63,268 nucleotides of DNA, from NCBI GenBank assembly GCA_013115145.1, contig JAAPAO010000145.1, positions 1 through 63,268 of the forward strand, given 5' to 3'. The notes below the pieces were generated by a model that was given only the letters and a program-made list of their open reading frames with translations, was not told the origin of the DNA and did not search any database. Positions 12,901 through 26,567 of this stretch are shown here, in pieces. Every line of letters starts with the position of its first letter. Within the stretch, counting starts at the first letter, position 1. Source of the DNA: Perkinsus chesapeaki ATCC PRA-425. Taxonomy: Eukaryota > Protista > Perkinsozoa. The position numbers and the translations under genes are program-made.

Positions 12901-15900
12901 AAAAGGAGCTTTGTGTTACTCTTCTTAATTTCTTCTGTGAGACTATAATTCCAGGTAGGCGGTCGCTGGACGTTTGTGCTTGGAATAGTGGGCTTAGTTT
13001 TGCCGACGGTTTCGACCAGCGGTGGGGCTTCCAGGGACATCCTGAAGTTATCCCAGAAAGTTTGTACGGATGCGGTGAAGACGGTATGGCTGTTTGTGTT
13101 GGTGAGCTGTGAGTTGTGATGGCGGTAGGTGCTGATGGCAGCTAGGATGATGCTGGTGCAGAATTTGGCGGAGAACGACAGACCTCAATGGGAGCATCTT
13201 ATACAGGGATTGGTGAGACCGAAGTCTTACTGTTCGTCGTACTTCAAAGCTTTGCTGTGCCGCAAACTGAGTAACTGTTGGCTTTCCTGGGCCATAAAGA
13301 CCTTAAGACGTATTTGGCATGCAATTCTGGTGCCTTCGGTTGCGCGGGGTTCTTAATATAGTGGCTCATGGCACCTTGTGTACAGTTTTTCGAATGTCAT
13401 TTGAGGGATGTAGTACCATGAAGAGGAAATACCGCCAAGATAGGTTTTTGTACGGGAGCTCTCGTATGTCTGGACGGAACGGAATGCACCAGTTTAGAGA
13501 ATCTGCTGCCTGTGCGTGGCGCAGAGCCATGTGCGCGGGGCTCACCGCGGCGGGCGCAGACGCACAAGTGTTGGGAAATACGGCAGTACAAGTTGATTTA
13601 GTTGCTTCGTTGTTCCTGTGAATTCGAAGTTTTGTCAGTTTCAGTAACATTCTCGAAATTATTCCGGTTTATCGTCAAATTGATATATGGATGCTTCCAC
13701 GATTCTCAGTAATAGCTTTTCGACGTCCTCGGGGTGCGCGGAATAATGATGGAATTGGGCATCTTAGTGGGAGGCGGGATCTTGATTGACTTTGTCAGGC
13801 GTCGGTATGCCTGCTGCCTACATTGGACATAGACGCCCGTATCAGTGTCGTGTCGGGCATCGGGGCGCTTTTTGCTGTGTTGCCGGATTGGGAACAAATC
13901 ACGGCGAGCTTGAAGGACTTCTGCAGGTAGGGAAGAACCACCGGTCTAGCGATTTTGTTTATGCCCTTCGATTACAATTTATTCCAGATAAGCTTGATTC
14001 GCTTCCACATTGCAGGTCGTAGTCGAATCGGCATTTAGAACAACAGTACAGTATATATTGATCGAAGGCTTTACCTTGATTTGAACCGTATTTTCATACC
14101 GTATTTCTCTCTACTTGGTTGGTTGGTGTCATGGTATGATATTTACTAGAAAATGGAAAATACGGTATGAAAATTATGATAATTATTCTGTCCTGCTGTG
14201 AATGTCATTATATTATTCATAATATTACGTCACTACTACCCGCTAGGCAATTAATATAAATATCGCTATAATTGTCAAAATATTTTGCAATATAAAATCG
14301 AACAAGCTTCGCTACCAACAAGTCCCCTTTTATTGCTCAGGTTGACAACGGAGCCCCTACCGAAGGCTCTACAGGGCTACACTCCGCCTCGGAATAATAT
14401 GGTAGCAGGACCACCGGCAGTGAAGCTTTTTATAGCCAGTTTGAGCTGCTGCGGCCATATTCGAAATGAGTAGGCTGGTGAAATCGATCATCTGGGCGCG
14501 CGCTAAATGTATTTCATCAGTTACTCGGCTGATGAGGAACCGAATACCCATCCGTTGTTGGCGAATCTGGAGCAGTACTGGTCGACGGTCCAAGAAGTGG
14601 TTATGGCTGTTGTTATATATCATCAAGATTTATCACAGCAGATATGTAAGTGAATAGAGTAACTGTTAATGTATTATTATATATATGAGCACTATTTTAC
14701 TTGGCGACTCGGGCATCTTAGTGACAAACACTGCGGCTGTTTTCCAAGGTCTTCGCCTCTTGAACTCGTATTTGGTGATGAGTGATAAGTGTGAAGCATG
14801 TCTTTCACTGACGTTTTTCATTTCACGGGTTATGAAACATCAATGATATGATATACTGCGAGCACTAAAAGCATACTGTAATATATAAGCTGTCATTTAG
14901 TAATTAATATACAGCTAGACTAATGAATCACTATATTACCTAGCAGCTTCCGGATTGTCAATAATAGTGTTCCCTTTTCAATGCAATATTCTTGCAAATA
15001 GCGCGCGCCCAGATAATCGATTGCAGTCGGAAGCCATCCCTCCCACTGTTTTGTGTTCCAGTATATTATCCTCCTTGATCAGGTGCGGCGTTCGGTCATA
15101 TATTCGCGTACACTCGAGATGTTGCTCCACAGTCGGCGGTTTTCATCCCGACACTGCGTAAGCCTGTATAATTTCGTGGCGCGTGAATTTTTAGTGTGCT
15201 CTTATCAGAGTTGGTATCGGAGGCATTCAGAGCGGCCCCGTTGAGTTGTTGGATGCAGTTGGTGAGGACATTCGTTGCGCTCTTTGGCGAGCTCACTCGA
15301 GTAAGCGACTGGAGAACCGTCGGGGCTTCGCCGTCATTCGATGCGAACAGTGAAGCGAAGCCGAGAAGCTTTGCAGATGCTTCCGCTATTTCACTAAGCC
15401 TATAAGGAGATGCGGCAATCGGCTGGCAATCTTAGGTCGATCCTTGGCCTTACTAAAAAGCAAAACACAGTCGGTTCGACCCTGCAGCTGTTTTTTTCAG
15501 GTGCACACAGAACTAGTCAACACTTTGTGCGATCTTAGTGCCACTTTTGTGGCTCACAGTAAGCAGGCTCTCTTCTCTTTACTTCGGCGGCCTCGTTATT
15601 GTTTTATCCTCAGGCTCTTCACTTCAGCAAAGCAATTTGTCGCTGACGGCTTTGACGACTGATGAGAGCAAGATGGTCGCCGAGACGTATTTAGTGCTGG
15701 GCGAGGTGCTGAGGTTTGTGGATTTGGTAAGTTTCGATCCGCAATACTGTATGATATTATGTTGCTTCTTAGGTGCATGTTGTTCTTCCGGCTGGCTGGT
15801 TGCTGCCCACGACCAAGCTCGCCATCGCTTGTTTAGAAGCAGCTCCTATCGACGTAAGGTTTGCTGCTCACCTTAGACGCTTAACCAGCTCGGGTAGCAG

Positions 15901-17161
15901 CCGCCGTGATCGGAATAGAAATATTAAAATAATTAGAAATAATAGAACTATTTTTGTATGTACAGTGCAGCAATTCCATAACGAAAATGCGGGCTACTTC
16001 CAAGAGCGAGGCTCTGGGCTAAACAACGCTGACGTATGTTTGCGTGGCACGCGTTATGCAATGCCGGCCTTGAACATTATGCAAGCTAGATAGGTCGGCC
16101 AAATCTCCGGAATATCTACGGATAGTTGGCGATCCAGCGAACGCAGCAACTTGGTCCATTTCTGTTAATGGCGCTCTAGTACTTGGGCCGAAAGTTGGTG
16201 GCCCTTTCGACCCTGATGTCTGGATGCTCCCTGAAAAATTTCGTGGAGAAATTTACATGCCTTGATGACTAGTCGATTCTCGAAAGAAGTCAGCGAACTT
16301 TGAGAACCCCTTCGTATATGATAGGCCCGTTAGAGTGGGTATTGCTTCAATGCAAATATCTACTTTATAGATTTCCCACAGAGCTTGCCATTTTTGTCAG
16401 GCTCAAACCCAGCCGGCAATAGGAGCTATGTTGCATTTCCTGGAGCGTCTGGTTACCTGGACAGATCCCCCGCCGATCATTCACGCCGCGGAGGACACGG
16501 AGAGAGTCTGCCAAGAAAACTGCCAACTGGTAGGAGCACTCTGCCGCTGTTGCCGTTGATGGCTGGGAATCAATCAGGTTCGGCAAATCCTACTTGCGCC
16601 GTTCTCCAATGACGCCTCCGGCGGCACTGTCTTGGACCATATGCTGTTGGCATTGGTGCAGATATGGGCGGATAAATGTGATGGCTATCCTCAGGTAAAG
16701 GCGCCATCAAATTCACGGGTCGGCAAATTTCTGTGTGCTCGATTTTATCGTTCGAAGTTGAAAATTGTGCAGAGTTGGAATGTCTTCCGACCTCTACAAT
16801 TTTTTCATTGTTACGTAGGAGGCGTTCGTCAGTGCTGAGAGGTGTTAGAAGCTAGGTGGCTCCTGCGTACTGTCCTCGGAATTCCTTCCTTGCCACTCGT
16901 CTATGGATGCACATAGTTCGATACAGAATTGCGGTAACTGTGTCAATATCGAAGCGACTTGGCTATTAACTAGTCCGCGTACGGATCAAGGCGACGAATG
17001 TTCGTTGCTCCAACGGTGTGTTTATACAGTATGTTTGCGATATACCGACTATGCTGTCTTCATTTACCCATCACCATCACTCCCTGATAAGCTTTCTTCT
17101 GTCAGGTCCTTCCTACAACAGGTGGTATACTCCGTACCATGCTCATGTCTAGCTTCCGTGA
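6963..17161 (+). CDS. Importin-beta family HEAT-repeat protein, transportin-SR/TNPO3/importin-13-like (many exons; 3' end approximate)
   Basis: Hand-spliced exons: MTVPNDPRQLGEAIVQQ|VNLLHSTPEAAKSVTAALEEFQHHPRALET|IRLLLSNP...AEHYAAHALATKIQ (IBN_N-like), VLRQLSQATADYLL, VELAGTALEFW, EIEPFVDFRE|SCAQVISD, APWQRVEACIYVLTAVA, VIPGLLRLLPKL, KMVAETYLVLGEVLR. The order and motifs match my recollection of the TNPO3/Mtr10 family. Confidence 0.75.
7486..7580. repeat. 19-nt direct repeat ATGACGGAAGTGTGGTAGT (7486-7504, 7562-7580) in the first intron of the importin gene
   Basis: Exact duplicate read directly from the sequence. Confidence 0.85.
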
Positions 17162-17821
17162 CCGAACTGTAGAGTCCTTGGTGAGTGCTAGGTTAGTGCT
17201 GAGTGCTGTTTCCGCTGGGGTGTTAAAGTTGAAGGAATAGCAATCCGTTTCGCAATGTTTTAACAGCCACGAGGAAACAATCAAGATTATTTATTAAAAT
17301 TTCCTTCAAGTATCTTGATAAGTAACTGAACCTGTAGGGGAGATTGAAATTGATCATCATTGATAAAAGCTTTTTTCTTTTGGAGATTGATTTCCACTTC
17401 ATTATGGTTTATTTCATTCTAAAGCTTAGTGTTGCTGCAACATGAAGAAGGATTGAACGTTAATTAGGAAAATGTGGTTTTCATTTTCGAACAGCTTCAG
17501 TCGGTTTCCTTAGTGTTCGCTAACTCCCACGCATGCTTTGAATTCTGCGCGATTCTCGGTCAGCGGGTATTGACGTGGGAAACGAAGAAATTATAGAAGT
17601 AATTTTTAGTATAAGTATCATGCCTAAAGTGATGTATTATTATAGACCCTTGTAGGTCCTGAATCTAGTTGGGTCTGTAATATCCACTCAATCTACCTAC
17701 AATATCTATTTTATAATAGATATTTTATATGTATATAGGTATAATAGGTCTGTCACAGATAGTATCCCACAGGAGATGATGTCATGTTGAGGAATAAACT
17801 GCTGTATTTTAGAACCGTGTC

Positions 17822-20800
17822 ATGGCGGAGCCACTGAGTTTCCTATCAGCAGAGCAGAGGCAAAGTGTGGTGTCCAAGTTAGTGGCAGACAGAGTGAGAT
17901 TGAGAAGAAATCTATAGGGTGCGCAAGATACGTTTTGGTGGTCAGGCGGACGTCCGCGTGTTCGGCCGTATTGTCCAGACTATGGCGAAGGAATTCCACG
18001 CTGAGAGGAAGCGAGCGAAATACGGGAATTCGTCAGCAATTTGAGGCGGATCGACGCACGACTGCATCCGCCACTACCCCCTTCCAAGGAGGCTAATATT
18101 ATCATATAACAGGAAAGATGACGTTTCAAAAGATGCTATCGTGCGCTTGCGTGCAGTTGTTGTTGATTAATAATTGTGCAGTCGTGTATAAGCCTAGTGG
18201 CTATGCAAAGCCTGCTTTTGCCGGGGATTGGTCGCCACGCTGTACGCCCCCCGTCTGATGAAGAAGAAGAAAACGATGAGGTCTTCGATGATATAGCTGA
18301 GGAACCACGGCGCAAGGTGGGTGGCGCCAGTCTGACGCGGATGAGAGAAGCCACGAGGTTTCTGTTTTCCCTGCATTGTCGCTGAAATAATATCTGGAAA
18401 GATGCTGCTGAAGGGTGTTTCAGAGCGTTGTTAGTTGCTTTAATCGCTCAGTTCTTCGTGTTTGGCAATGAAACACGATATGAGTACTAACAGCCTTGTA
18501 GTTTTGTGGACCGTGGCAAAGGATTGCTAATCCTCGGAACGAGTTCGATTACTACTCGGGATGCTCGGCCACGTGTGTAGTCACATTTGTTGTATTATCA
18601 TTTCTATCAAACATGTTACTACCTTATGTCTATAGCATATCAGATGCATGTCCCTCATCTGTCAACTGCTGCCAGATATGACTGCTTTGTCTTACATCTG
18701 TAGCTACTAGGAGAGCAGGCCAAGTTTTGGGCATGTTGCCTGTTAGGGATCGCTGCGCTCGCTGCGAAGTAGGATATCGACCATGGCAGACACGCCCCTC
18801 ACTGATACCACCACTAGACGCAATTCAAGGTGATAATGGTCGTGGAATGCTTGTAAGACATTTGAGTTGGTCAGTGGAAGCTGCAGTGGAGAGGATGGTG
18901 GGTTTGAGGAGCAGCAGCTGGGCGGCAAGAAGCTATGCCAGGATGACTTTGAGGTTGTTGGCAGTCTCGGATACGGCGGGTAGGTCCGTCAAATTTGGTG
19001 CTCGTTGTACGCAATAGTATTGTCTGTATCGTCGTTCGTAATGACAGCCGTAAGTCGGCAGGTGAATGATCTGAGACCGCTTTGGATAGGTAATTTGGAA
19101 TTACGGTATAAAAAATGAGCCCATAGGGTTTTTACTTTGAATCTAGGGAGTAGTCAGTTCCGGGATTGGGCACCCGAAGGCCCTTCTCCCAATGGAGGGC
19201 CGCCAAATGTCTTAGCTGTCATTTATCAGGTATGGAGTAGTTCGGCTTGTTCGATCGGTGGTCGATGACAAACTCTATGCGATGAAGTCGGTCGATAAGT
19301 GGGCACTCATAGAGCGCCGCAATACGGGGGATCAGCGAGTGGTGAGTTTAACATATGGTCTTCGGGTTGATGATGAGCTCGGTTATGGCAGGTTCAGAGG
19401 CTCTCTGATGAGAGAGATTTCTACGCTTCGGCATCCCATGACTGCCCTTTCCTTGTTCAATTTGTAAGAGGGGTTGCAGCATGTGACACGGCTTATAGAG
19501 GGCAGCTCTTAATTCATTGGTCGCTTACCACCAGTTTGCTTAGGCAATAGTCTTTGCTTGTTTATCAGGCCGGCAGCTTCCAGTCCTCTAAGAGGTTTTA
19601 CTTCGTACTGGAGTTCTGTAGCGGCGGTGAGCTCCTCGATAGGGTAGGTTGGTGTTCACCGTGTCAGTTGCATCTTTAAGTCAGGTTGGCAAATGCGGCG
19701 GCAAGCTTTCCCTGGATGCATTCAAGATTTATTTTGCCGAGCTCTGTATAGCTGTTGACTTCATTCATAACAAGCACCACGCCATTCACAGGTAACCCGC
19801 CGCCGCCGCCTCGGACGGAAGGCGGGATTCATTTCAAGAATTTAAGAGGCTTTTTGATGCTCGTTTTCCATTTTAGGGATATCAAGTTGGAGAATGTTCT
19901 TATTGGCTCGGACGGCCATGTGCGTCTCACCGATTTCGGATGTTGTAATGATAACCTTCTGTGATGGTAAGAGACTTCCGCTCAGGTAAGGCGAATTTGA
20001 ACCGCTTTGGCGGAGGCACAAACAGTGTTATTGGCTTCTCAATCAATATCATGCCACCAGAATTTTTTACAGGTAGAGGAGAGAGCGGTATGGCGTCTTG
20101 GGTCTATCAGGTAGTCTTCGTTGTCAGGTGCCGGGTACGGGTATCCCTTGGATTGGTTTCAAATGGGCATTATTGGGTAAGCGGCGATGGGTGTAGGTGT
20201 ACACTATCGCGGTTTGGTTAGATTCGAGATGCTTAATGGTCGGCATCCGTTTGGCAACTTCCCTCTTGATCCAGAGGACGATGAGACCCGCTACCCGCCC
20301 AGATATGTAGGTCGTGGTGATTGTGTAGAGGGGACAGCTAGAGGTGTCAGAATAACGATATACCAGTGGAGTATCAGGAGCTGATTAACGGTCTCTTGGC
20401 TCCAGACTCGCACGAGAGGTGGAGCAGTCTTGATCGGGTGAAGGAATCAGCTGTTTATGAAGGCTTCGACTGGGGAAAGGCTGCCAAAAAAGAGATGCCG
20501 GTAGGATGGGGACTGGCGCATCCTTTATCTTGCTAAATATACAATATTCAGCATGTGTTCATAGAAAAACATAAAGAGGAAGGTTACAGTGTTGTAGTGG
20601 AGAAGTAAAACTACATAGTAGTTGCAGATAGTTGGTGGAGATAATGTACATAGCTCAGAGGGGAAATTGCACATTGAAGAAGCAGCCTCTATCACCAGCC
20701 AGGTCTTCGTCGTAGTAGGAAAGGAAGTTTCCGCAATTCACTTTCTGCCTGAAAAGTCCTCGGGATTAGCCATGTCTGTTGTTCTGTGCTTCACCTAGGC

Positions 20801-21179
20801 AATGGGTTCGTCGACCAGCCCGGTCAGTGATAGGTCTATCTCACATTAGGTACCATGGAAGCCCGCAGAGATTGCGGCTACTCCGAAGGATGAAGTGGAG
20901 TATGAAACTGATGATCTTGCATTAGGTGAATCCAGCATCAGCCTTGAGGAACTTCCCCACATTGTCAACTGTTGCTCAGTCCGTCGGCGTACATCCATCA
21001 CAGATCACTATGATCCTCTTCATCTCCGACGGTTCAGTTTCTGCTACGGGCATTCGACTTCACATGATTTGGACGCCACTCCCCGTAGGAAGGTTTCGAG
21101 TGTGAAAGTGACGATCTTTCAGGTTCGATGGAATTCCATAACACCACCAGTGAGGAGGAAGTCAGCGACGACGCTCTAG
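17822..21179 (+). CDS. AGC-family Ser/Thr protein kinase with an atypical P+1 loop (multi-exon)
   Basis: Spliced motifs: DFEVVGSLGYGGYGVV (Gly loop), LYAMK, DCPFLVQF, YFVLEFCSGGEL, IHRDIKLENVL, LTDFGCC, IGFSINIMPPE, DWFQMGIIGFEMLNGRHPF, FDWGKAAKKEMPVPWKP and a C-tail LRRFSF (hydrophobic-motif-like). The N-terminal exons from ATG 17822 splice in frame but are less certain. Confidence 0.88.
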
Positions 21180-21455
21180 TCACGGCAGAAGTCTAATGTG
21201 TTTGCTTGTTCAGACTTTTTTCTATCGAGTGTCTTCAAAGTTAGGAAGCTATTTAATAACAATTTTCTCTCTGTTTGGGCACAATTGCGTACGATGGTTT
21301 TTACAGTAGCCTCTTCGAGACGGTTGCAGTGGGTAGTTTTGCGCCGTCCATGAGGCGCAGCAAATCCTAGAACCGTTTCGCGGGCATCAGTATTCATAAG
21401 CATGAACTGTTTAGTTGGTTGGGGGTGATAGACGTGGAAGTATTGTTTACTTGAA

Positions 21456-24400
21456 ATGACAACCTCTATAGCAGTGCCTGGGGCCATCGATGTGGCTCCG
21501 ACAGTTTCCGAATCTAGAGGGGAAGCCTCGGCTGCACTGTATCCGATAGCTCTCCTAATTGATGAGCTGCGCAGCGATGATGTCGATCTGAGGATCAATG
21601 CGATTAACCAACTGGTAGGTGCATCTGGCCCATTAGTTAAATGGTTAATGATGGCGGCCATTGCCGTATGTTCGCGAGGAGATAAAGCATGGAATGATAT
21701 TTCGCGAAGTTGTGTCGCGCTTCGCGTCTTCTGGTGAAGGGAGCTCTCTGTGGCGGAACTTAAGCAATTGCAAGCCCACCCGAGATTTACTGATAGATAT
21801 TCCGACACCAATCTTCCCAGATGACAGTAGTTCTGACTCACAAGACAAGCACCTTGAATATCTCGCTACCGCCTAACTGAAGACTTTAGGATTCCGGTAT
21901 AGTGCAATGTGGATCTGGGGACAGCAGCATTTAGACGAGATGTATTGTTATTGTTTTAGGATCATATTGCATGCGCACTTGGACCATCTCGGACACGAGA
22001 GGAGTTGCTGCCATTTTTAACCGAGCTGGTAGGAATGGAGGGCGTCGTCCTTTGCTGCCCTGGATGCGGCCATGTGATCAGGCCATGGTTGATGATGTCG
22101 CGTCCGATACTGTAGACGAGACCAGAGTACTCACCGCTATGGCACGGGTAACGGCGAGATCGCCAACAGAGTTCGTGGGGATCATCTCGCAGGTTTTGAA
22201 CGCCGATTTCATGCAGTGGATTGGAGGGCCGCAATTCGGGCAGTGTCTTCTGAGACCGCTCGAGGAGCTGGCGAACTCGGACGATGAGCCTCGGAGGGAA
22301 GAGGCTGTGAAAAGTCTCATCAGCATTGCGAAGGTAGGCCCAGTGGAGGGCTTTGGCCGCTCACAGTGTGTCATTTCAGGCTTTGCCACTAAATACACTG
22401 GAGGCATATTATGTGCCTATGATGCGAAACTTGGCAGCGTCAGACTGGTTCTGTCAGAGGGCAGTGGCGGTCGCTCTCTTCCCGGCGGTTACGTCGCGTA
22501 GGTGAAGCGTAGTTACTAGCAATTACGTTATAATGGCTAATAGTCAGTACTGCAGTATAAATAGCGTAGTACTAAAGCATAGAACGGAAATGTGCACAAT
22601 TATTTAGACATGAAACGTTATAAATTATGATATTTGCGGGGCAACGAAGCCTGCACTCTCACGTCACTAACACTGGCGTGCGTGAGTGCGTCCAAGTCAT
22701 CCTGCTCGATCTAGAGAGGTTACGACTAGAAGCTATATATCAAACGATAGCTTTCAGAATACAGTACTATAAAAAATACAACCACGAAAATGGTTTTCCG
22801 CAGAGAGACGGCAGGTCTGGGGATCGAACTTGCGACCATCCGACAGAATTCGCTGACGGCTCCGGGCTTCTCCGGGAAGTCCCTGTAGATAATATTGTCT
22901 AATATTACATAATAAAAGAATAAGATTTATACTAAGTTAGTATTACTAAGGGTACCTTAGGAGACCTTTATTATGTCTGCTTCCTCCACATATAGGCCTG
23001 GCCCACTCGGCCATGGTAAGATTTGATCAAGATCACTTGCTTAGTTCTCACCGGTGTCGGTTGACTGATACGTGGTAGATCCCTTGCTATTCTTCCCATT
23101 TCTCTATGTCAGGTCTGTGTGGCCGAAAAAAAGGCTCGGGAGGAGGTAAGGCGAGCGCCAAGGGAAGTCGTTCATTCTTCCTCAGATCCGCAGTTGGCAG
23201 TGGAGCTCGTAAGCTCCATGTTCACAGCTCTCGGGGCTGATGACTCCCCCATGGTTCGCCGGGCAGTTTTCCAAGTAGCTGGCTCCTTTCTGGATTTAGG
23301 GCCCCTATGCCTTTGGCTTCGGTTTAGGTGCTTGGTGATGTGGCTGAGGCAGTGCTTCCAGTGGACGGTGGAGTGAAGACTAAGCTTCTGGAGGTAAGGA
23401 ATGTTTTGGGGCTGTCACCAGCGGGCTGACCATTCTCTGTGTCGCTTCAGTTATCTCCTTCGCAGCGAGGTCTATCTCTCTCATTCTCATTAATTAGCTC
23501 ATGTGCTCATTTCTGCACCGCAACTGGAAATATGTCGAACTTTTTCTAACATCCGTTAGGCTGGTTCACTTCCATTGTTATTAATATTACCTTGCTCAGT
23601 TATTCAACGCCCTCGCCAGGGATGAGCAGGAGTCTGTGAGGATCCTCGCTGTACCAGTGTGCGTGCAGCTTGGGAAATGCCTGGCATCTCAACCTTATGA
23701 TATAGTAAGTTTGGTAGCATATACTAGCTTTGCAGTTGTAGTTTCGGTCAGATAAAAGATTTGCTACCATGCATTCATGCGTGCGGCGAAGACCAGCATT
23801 CCTGGAGGGTCCGCTATATGGTAGCAGACAAAATTGAGGAGGTTATGGGCACAATACCGGCGAAGGTTCACATGCAAGTAAGCTGTGGGCGAGTAACGGC
23901 GGAGACGTTGCACTATTGGCAGATATTCCCATTGTTCATGCGCATGCTCTCTGACCCCGAGCCTGAGGTTCGCTGTGTGGCATGTGATCGGCTCCCCTTG
24001 GTTGTAAAGTACAAGCCAGACCGTGAGATGATGGAAGATCTCAGTGGCCCAGTATGCGCTTCTACAAATATTTGAATTGAATGCTCCGTCTCAGTTCGTC
24101 AAACTTCTCCACGACCCTTCTGATGCAGTCCGGTCAAGCTTTGGGGCCTCGCTGATGAAGGTTGCTGCTGTTGTTGGCCAAGACCTAACTGTTGAGTATC
24201 TCACTAAACATGTGGGTGGTGGGGACTAGTTGCGCACAGTAAGATTCGTTTAGATTCTCGCCGTTCTGAGGGATCAAAGCACCAATGTCCGCCTCGCTGT
24301 TGTGGAGAATCTGGGTGATCTCAACAAAGTACGCTCAGCTGTGGGACGCCTTTCTTCGATGCTTTGTGCCATTCAGGTGGTTTCGTTAGACCATATTTCG

Positions 24401-25418
24401 AAGAGCCTCTTACCCACTATCATCGATCTGGCGTCCGACCGACAGTGGAGGGTGAGGCCGCTTTTGATGGGTTTTTTGCTCCCAAGATTCCTCAGGTCCG
24501 AATGGCGATTCTTCAACAAACACCAAAGCTTGCTAAAATTCTCAGCCCTAAAACCTTCACTACCGAGTTGCTTGCCACGGTTATGCGTTGGTAAGGAGTA
24601 CCCGAGAGCGGTATGGGAGCGGATGCGTCAATTCAGGCTGTGTGATCCGGTATATTCTGTCCGTGTTGCGGCAACCGAGAACCTCGCTAACTTGGCTGTT
24701 GCAATGGGCACGTCATGGGCCGTAGAAAATATTATACCCCACTTGCAGGAGCTGTCCAAAAATTCTAATTATTTATATCGGTGAGGAGGCGAATTCGCAT
24801 TATGTGGCCAACATCTGTCGTGTCAGGATGACAGCGCTAATGGGAGTGGTTTCAATGTCGAACGTTCTCGATGAGAAGGCATGCGTAGAGTACCTTATGC
24901 CACTTCCTAGGTACCAGCTATTATCTCATGTGTGTATAGTTGAGCTTTCTTTGTTCAGATCGCTTGTCCAAGACTCGGTTGCAAATGTCCGGTTTAACGT
25001 TGCCAAAACCCTCAAGGTGTGTAGCAATGAATCTCCAATGTTTCCTTGTTATATGCGTTCCTGTCAGAGTATAAGCTCTCGCGTATCGCGCAGGACAGTT
25101 CAGCACGAGATCATACCTGTATTGCAAAAACTCGCACAACGGGATTCAGATCAAGATGTAGGCTTTTGTGCAATTGTGTCAACGCTGTCCCCCTCTAGCT
25201 TATCAACTCGAGAGTGTGATGGTCATTTATAGCGTATGATGACTAATTTGTGCGTGTCTGACGGTTGCTCTAAAGCAACACGTGAAAGACAAACTGAATC
25301 ATCCTAAATTACAACTGACGCTACAGCGCTCGTATTAGTATGTTTTAAACCTAATTTGCAGGTCCGATTTTTCTCGGCGCAAGCGCTCGATGAGCTGCGG
25401 CAAACTAAGAAACCGTGA
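21456..25418 (+). CDS. PPP2R1A: Protein phosphatase 2A 65 kDa scaffold (A/PR65) subunit (multi-exon)
   Basis: LYPIALLIDELRSDDVDLRINAINQL|DHIACALGPSRTREELLPFLTEL, DDSPMVRRA, HSWRVRYMVADKIEE, LSDPEPEVRCVAC, SDRQWRVR, DPVYSVRVAATENL, SKNSNYLYR, DSVANVRFNVAKTL and DSDQDV|RFFSAQALDEL; these are classic PR65 HEAT repeats. Confidence 0.96.
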
Positions 25419-26567
25419 TGGTGTGATTGACGACCGTTTCCACGTCAGTCCGTATTTGATGATATTTCATTGTATACTTAATTGCACGCCATAGGCAATA
25501 CTGTATAAGACATTTCAAATAATGTGGTTTATGTTGTACAGTGAATACGCGTCCGTAATATAACAGAAGAAAGTATAAGCACTTGATTGCTAACGACCAC
25601 AGTACAGATTGCACGAGTATCAAGGGAGCTAGTTGGCTGAGGGCTCCTGTAGAGATATATGAGTCGTATGAAACGAAATATGAATAGACAGCGAGGCGCG
25701 CACACAAGTAGGCTTTTATGCGCATATAAGTATCGCTGGAGCGCGCTCCACCCGGCTATACGATGTCACATTCTACGTCACGTCACCTCTGGAGTAGATC
25801 GGTCATTGTATCTTCTTAACCGCTTGTCGTCGGAATCGCCGCCGGACCCGATATCCACAATTGACAATCTTGGCACGAGGTTAAGCGGCAGGACAGAAGT
25901 AGCGGAGGAAAGCGGGAAGTGTTGCAAAAACACATTTATCCTAGTAAAGCCTTATGGGAATCCTCGGTATGCGAGTCGTACCATAGTGAGCATCGATGAG
26001 AATCGATGGCCTCCCTATTATTGGAAAGAGTTATGAAACGTAGTAAGTTGCCCTTGTACTGCTAATACAATGGGCGAAGGACTGGATTAACATAAATTAG
26101 CAGCTCGGAATTATGTATTGTACTGTAGCTGTGGTGCGAGTGAAGGATGGTCGTTTACACCAGACTAGCTCTATTATAGAGCGGCTCTCTTTCGCGATGA
26201 CCTCGATGCTTTAAGATTCAGTTTATATGCGCGCGCCAATGTACAGACGATAATCTCGTTACTCGGTCACGCACGCACGCACACCTCGTTCGGTGTCACT
26301 GAATAATATACAGGTTAGGGTGCTCGCGAGAGTTAGCTTCACTTCGAACTGGAATCAGTATGTTGCCTCACAGAGTAACGTAACATACAAGTAAGATAGG
26401 GTCTATTTAACTCAACGCCTATTCCCGTGGTAGACTCAGCTGGCCAGATGTTTTTGTCAGCTTTTCTGGTTGTCTCTTCTGTGATACAATCACTCCCCCA
26501 TCATTTTGAAGCCCATTCACCGACGACGCAGTCAATCTTTCAACACATTTCCGCTCCCGTGTAACCG

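Noticed and set aside
21176-21841. 221-aa antisense ORF over the PP2A-A 5' end and intergenic DNA
   Set aside because: No motifs; a rough estimate suggests a few stop-free stretches of this size are expected by chance across six frames of 63 kb.
25659-26036. 125-aa ORF downstream of PP2A-A
   Set aside because: No homology or motif; likely UTR or intergenic.
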